Part shown: piece after piece, positions 60,057 through 64,000 of the stretch
Numbering within the stretch: the stretch's first letter is position 1
Layout: each line of letters starts with the position of its first letter
Source: Acidobacteriota bacterium
Lineage (GTDB): Bacteria > Acidobacteriota > UBA890 > WLXD01
DNA length: 64,000 nucleotides
Direction of reading: 5' to 3'
Assembly: GCA_965205505.1 (NCBI GenBank)
Contig: CBDBHB010000007.1
Location: forward strand, 1 to 64,000
Made by a program: the position numbers and the translations under genes
Notes under the pieces: generated by a model
What the model was told of the DNA's origin: nothing
The model's input: only the letters and a program-made list of their open reading frames with translations
Databases searched by the model: none

Positions 60057-61115
60057 CTAGCAGGCCGTGGTGACTCGACTATCAACGTGAAATGGCAACG
60101 GAGTGACCTGCGCTATGGAGCCGTCGTCGACCTGCACTTCAGCGCCCGGATCGGCGAGCTCCCGGCGCACGTAACCGAGTCCGATAGGTCCGTGGAGATC
60201 GGAGATCGCGGTGCTCGTCACGTTGCCGGCGTCTCGTCCGCCGCTGGACAACGTCGCGCCCGGCACGATGCCCGCCGTGAGACGAAGGCCGCATAGCAGT
60301 CGATTGACGTGGCCACGGTAGTGAATTCGCGAAACCGTCTCCTGTCCCAGGTAACATCCCTTCTCGAAGTCAATCGCGCCCTCCAGTCGTGCCTCCTGCG
60401 GCAGCTCGTTACCGGTTAGCTCGGCACCGTGCTCGGGCACTCCCGCTTCCACGCGCAGCACCTCGGAGACATCGCGACCGACGGGGCGTGCGCCCTCGTC
60501 GCCGAGCTCGCGCACAGCAAGCCACAGCGCGCTGGCTTCCGACTCGGGCAAGGCGATCTCAAAGCCGCCTGGCAGTCGCCCGGTTCGTAGCGACCGCAGG
60601 CCGCTGCCACAGGCCCGACGGATGGGCGTTGTTGGAGGCACCACCCCGAGCACATCGGCAACGGATTGGTGGTCCGGGCCGATCAAGGCGAATGACACCA
60701 GCGGGACGACGTCAATGTGCACCGCGGAGCGCAACACGTAGCGTTGCAGCCCGTCTGCCACGCCCGCGATCACGCCCGCGTCGGATCCGACGAGCACGGC
60801 TGCATCCTCTACCCACAGGTCCAAGCTCGCCTGCACCCTGCCGCGGTTGTCTAGCAGCAGGCCGGGAGCGCCGTCGCCCGGTTGGAGGGCTTGGACATTG
60901 GCGGTCAAGAGTCGATGAAGAAACGTTAGTCGCTCATCGCCCGTTACTCGCAGATAGGCGCGCCACGGTTGCCACAGCAGCGCGGCTCCGTCGCGGGCTG
61001 CACGCAGTTCGCCCTCCGGATCGCCGTACGACGTCGCGTAGAACAAGCCATTGGCCTCGCGGAGCTCTGCCCCGGCAGACCGCTGCATGTCTGCAAAGGC
61101 GGTGGCCAAACTCAC
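60057..61115 (-). CDS. YgfZ/GcvT-family folate-binding protein
   Basis: KGCYLGQE motif. Confidence 0.9.
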   Translation of the reverse strand: MSLATAFADMQRSAGAELREANGLFYATSYGDPEGELRAARDGAALLWQPWRAYLRVTGDERLTFLHRLLTANVQALQPGDGAPGLLLDNRGRVQASLDLWVEDAAVLVGSDAGVIAGVADGLQRYVLRSAVHIDVVPLVSFALIGPDHQSVADVLGVVPPTTPIRRACGSGLRSLRTGRLPGGFEIALPESEASALWLAVRELGDEGARPVGRDVSEVLRVEAGVPEHGAELTGNELPQEARLEGAIDFEKGCYLGQETVSRIHYRGHVNRLLCGLRLTAGIVPGATLSSGGRDAGNVTSTAISDLHGPIGLGYVRRELADPGAEVQVDDGSIAQVTPLPFHVDSRVTTAC

Positions 61116-61621
61116 TCGGGCCGCGGCGCAGCCGGACGCAAGACAATGCTGACGGTGGCGCCGACCTGGACGGGGCCCGCTCGGCCCTCTAGGTCACCCT
61201 CCTGGCGACTGAATGCGTCGCCGTCCTGATCGAGCCGAGCGATGATATCGAGGTCGCCGACCAAGGGAGTCCCAGGGATCATCGAGTCGGCTTCGGTGAT
61301 GCTGAAGCTGACGGGCACCTCCGCCGGCATCGGCTTCACCGCCAGCGGCGGGCCGGCCTCGCGACCCGACACACGCACGATGATGTAGAGGACACCCTCC
61401 GGAACGGCTCCCACTGTCGGATCGACATTCACCGTCCCCTGGACCCCTGGCGGCGACGCTACCGACGGGCGCGCGCCGGGATCGGCGGGTGGCGGCGGCG
61501 GCGGAATCGTCGCGGCTTCCTCGCGATCGATGGTCTCGACGTTGCGTGACACACAGCCGGCGCAGAACACGGTAACGCTCAACAGCAGCGGCACGATGCA
61601 ACGACAGCGCAGATCGCTCAT
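61112..61621 (-). CDS. Lipoprotein with CcmI/CycH C-terminal-like Ig domain
   Basis: CAGC lipobox; LYIIVR...PPLAVK...ARLDQDGDA...GDLEG. Confidence 0.7.
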   Translation of the reverse strand: MSDLRCRCIVPLLLSVTVFCAGCVSRNVETIDREEAATIPPPPPPADPGARPSVASPPGVQGTVNVDPTVGAVPEGVLYIIVRVSGREAGPPLAVKPMPAEVPVSFSITEADSMIPGTPLVGDLDIIARLDQDGDAFSRQEGDLEGRAGPVQVGATVSIVLRPAAPRPE

Positions 61622-61698
61622 GAAGAGTGCCTTCGGGGGTCGCGAGGGGGTGGGCCCGAATGGATCCCACTGCGCCGATCTTATCCCAAAGTCGGACG

Positions 61699-61940
61699 TC
61701 AGCCGTGGCCCAACAACTCACTGTACAGCGCCAGAAACCGCTGTGTTGCTGCCTTCCAGCTGAACTCCTCGTCGAGCAGTCGACGCCCGGCGGCACCCAT
61801 TCTCGGTGCGTCCGATACCACCGCGCGCTGCAGCGTCGCGGCCAACGCAGCACCATCGCCAGGCGGCACTAGGTACCCGGTTCGCCCGTCCTCGACCTTG
61901 TCCGGGAGTCCGCCGGTGCGCGAGACGCCCGCCCCCACGG
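61699..61940 (-). pseudogene. C-terminal remnant of a GT4 glycosyltransferase
   Basis: SRTGGLPDKVEDGRTGYLVPPGD...FSWK...LY with no N-terminal domain. Confidence 0.75.
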
Positions 61941-61959
61941 TCACCATCCAGAAAGGTTT

Positions 61960-62270
61960 CTTCGGCGGACCTCTTCGCGATCCTGCTGTTAGCCTCAACG
62001 GTTCTGCTCTGGAGGAAGATCATCATCCCGGAGCTGTTGTGGGCGTACCGACGCTACCTGCCCGTCGTTCTACCAGCGACGCTGATGGCGGCGGCCGGCC
62101 TGCTGGGCGTTTGCGCCGAGCGTGCTTGGCTGCAGCTGCGCGGAAGGCATCGTCGCATGCCGGCGGTCGCGGCGGCGCTGGCAATCGCCCTGGTGGTGCC
62201 GGCCGCGAGTTGGATCACCTGGCGCTCCTGGACCTATGGCGCTCGCTATGCTGAGATCCGTGACCTTCGA
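61960..62270 (+). pseudogene. Internal remnant of a polytopic membrane protein (GT-C-like)
   Basis: LFAILLLAS...LLWAYRRYLPVVLP...TM segments; no credible start or stop. Confidence 0.5.
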
Positions 62271-62356
62271 CCCCCGACGCGCGAACAAACGCCAACCGAA
62301 GACAAACGCCCCGCCGAGGGCCACGACTACCCAGGCGGCCAGCCCGACGTCGGCTA

Positions 62357-63673
62357 TCATGGGTCGGCCGTCATCCCGACAGCGTGCGGCGCTACGTTCG
62401 CCAAGCAGCCGCGGATGAGGTGCCGCTCCGCATCGGTAGCATTCGACGGCACGCAGCGCTGGTGGAGCCGCCTGCGCAACAGCTTCCAGGTCGCCTCGGA
62501 GCGGCGGGCGGGAGTGGTACAAAGCTCGTGTGCACGCTCCAGCTCGGCCTCCACGGATGCGGCGATGGAGGTCGCATCGGCCCCGGCGACAATCAAGCAC
62601 CGTCCGGCCTGCCGCAGCGCTGCAACAAGCGCGTCGTCGTCGAGCAGGTTATCAACGGTGACAAAGAGCGCTTGCCCCATGGCACGCCCAGGGGCAAGCC
62701 TGGGCGCGACGTCTCGCGGCAAGAACTCGTAGTGTGGTGCGTCCGCCACCAGCGTCAGCGCGCCGGCGGCGAGCGCTCGGTACAGCACCGCGCGCTCGTA
62801 TGCCACCGGCTCGGGCGCCGCCGCAATCACGATGTCGGCACCGTCCGTTACCTGCCGGAGCTCGGCGGGCGAGGGTGACAGATGCCATTCGATGCGCCCA
62901 TCGAGCCCGGCCCGCGACGCCGCCGGACCAGCAATCGCCTGATGGATGATCTCCGGCGTCACATAGCGGATCGAGAGATCAGACCGCTTCTCTAGCAGCC
63001 GGGCTAAACCCGACATCAGCGGCTGCGGCCAGCGGGAGCTCGCGGACACAACCGTGACGATGCCTTGCGTGTCGGAGTGTTCCGACGGCGCTCCCAGAAC
63101 ACCTGCGTCGATGGGTAGCTCGACGTGCTCGACTGTAACGCCCTGCCGCCGCAGCTGCGCGGCGATCGGCGCTGTTGCGGCCAGCATCCGGTGGTGTTGC
63201 GACATGGCGCGCACCAGCGGATCGTAGCGCTCGTAAAGTGCGCGGCTACCCCAACCCCCGGCAACCGCAGCGCCGACTCGAGCACCGAGCTTCGGAACAG
63301 TGGCTTCGAGCGCCTCGATGTAGGCGTCCCAGCGCCCCAGAAGCGCCAAGCCACCGACTAGCATGTGATGCATAGCCGGATCGAGGATCCAAGCCACGCC
63401 GGCGCAACGGCCTGCCAGGAGGTAGCTCGGCTCGTACGGAAGAAAATCGCGCCCGAGCGGGTAGAGAGCCGTGTCGAACTCCCTGTGCCTGTGGCGCTCG
63501 TCGAAACGCAAGTAGTGGAACGCCGGCGCCGGTAAATCGCCCTCTCGCAGGCGAGTGGATTCGACGAAAACCTCGACGTCCACTCGCGCCGCCAACGCAC
63601 GCACGACGGCATCGAGCTGTCGCGCTACCAGGGCTCGCGGATCGATACTCGGCAGCGTGATCGCGACGCGCAC
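62357..63673 (-). CDS. Glycosyltransferase-like protein (GT-B, degenerate)
   Basis: GTG start VRVAITLP 2 nt after the upstream GT stop; LYRALAAG in the donor-binding region. Confidence 0.65.
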   Translation of the reverse strand: MRVAITLPSIDPRALVARQLDAVVRALAARVDVEVFVESTRLREGDLPAPAFHYLRFDERHRHREFDTALYPLGRDFLPYEPSYLLAGRCAGVAWILDPAMHHMLVGGLALLGRWDAYIEALEATVPKLGARVGAAVAGGWGSRALYERYDPLVRAMSQHHRMLAATAPIAAQLRRQGVTVEHVELPIDAGVLGAPSEHSDTQGIVTVVSASSRWPQPLMSGLARLLEKRSDLSIRYVTPEIIHQAIAGPAASRAGLDGRIEWHLSPSPAELRQVTDGADIVIAAAPEPVAYERAVLYRALAAGALTLVADAPHYEFLPRDVAPRLAPGRAMGQALFVTVDNLLDDDALVAALRQAGRCLIVAGADATSIAASVEAELERAHELCTTPARRSEATWKLLRRRLHQRCVPSNATDAERHLIRGCLANVAPHAVGMTADP

Positions 63674-63675
63674 AT

Positions 63676-64000
63676 CTACTCCAGGGTGGAGGTCAACGCC
63701 GCGATCGCCTTCGGCCAGCTGACCCGGTCGCGTACCATCTCCCGCCCCTCGTGCCCCAGGCGCTCGCACAGGGCCCGGTCCTCGTACAGCACGTCGATGC
63801 GGTCGGCGAGGGCACCAGGATCGGGCTCCACCACGAAGCCGGTCGCGCTGTCGCGCACGAACTCGAGCACGCCGCCCGAATCTGTCGTCGTCACGACCGG
63901 ACGCCCAGCGAAGAACGCCTCGAGGGTCGTGAAGCCATAGTCCTCATCAAGCGGCGTCAGCGTCATTGCAAAACAACCAGCCATCAACTCCAGCACGTCC
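63676..64000 (-). CDS. Glycosyltransferase family 4, C-terminal part (runs off the window)
   Basis: PLDEDYGFTTLEAF...DSGGVLEFV...TGFVV. Confidence 0.88.
   Translation of the reverse strand, partial: DVLELMAGCFAMTLTPLDEDYGFTTLEAFFAGRPVVTTTDSGGVLEFVRDSATGFVVEPDPGALADRIDVLYEDRALCERLGHEGREMVRDRVSWPKAIAALTSTLE

Overview
A GC-rich bacterial chromosome segment, most likely Acidobacteriota (inferred from the ADOP-type permease, the Ser/Ser DapF variant and gene order). It is mostly housekeeping: a cytochrome c oxidase cluster, tRNA-His/Arg/Lys/Leu, tig-clpP-clpX-lon-engB, rpmE-prfA-prmC-murA, rplU-rpmA-obgE-nadD-rsfS-rlmH, dprA-topA-trmFO-xerC-hslVU-dapF, and glycosyltransferases. Two mobile systems stand out. 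(1) Two near-identical copies of an IS1111-type (IS110 family) element (9918-11323 and 50596-51997) sit at the same CT core within the terminal inverted repeat of a 276-bp CTAG-ended palindromic MITE-like repeat. Their downstream non-coding region folds into a bridge/seek-RNA-like target-binding loop whose two unpaired strands (AGGUCACU and GCUAG) match the two halves of the reconstructed target CAGGCCA-CT-AG. (2) A 6.6-kb satellite-like integrative element (integrase, XRE repressor, Cro-like, Xis, primase-helicase, HEPN-motif cargo) is inserted in tRNA-Lys(CTT) and duplicates the 5' half rather than the usual 3' half. Other oddities: a subunit I oxidase apparently lacking the K-channel lysine, DapF with both catalytic Cys replaced by Ser, and long acidic inserts in several conserved proteins. 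A few single-base frameshifts may be sequencing errors. All alignments, folds and counts were done by eye.
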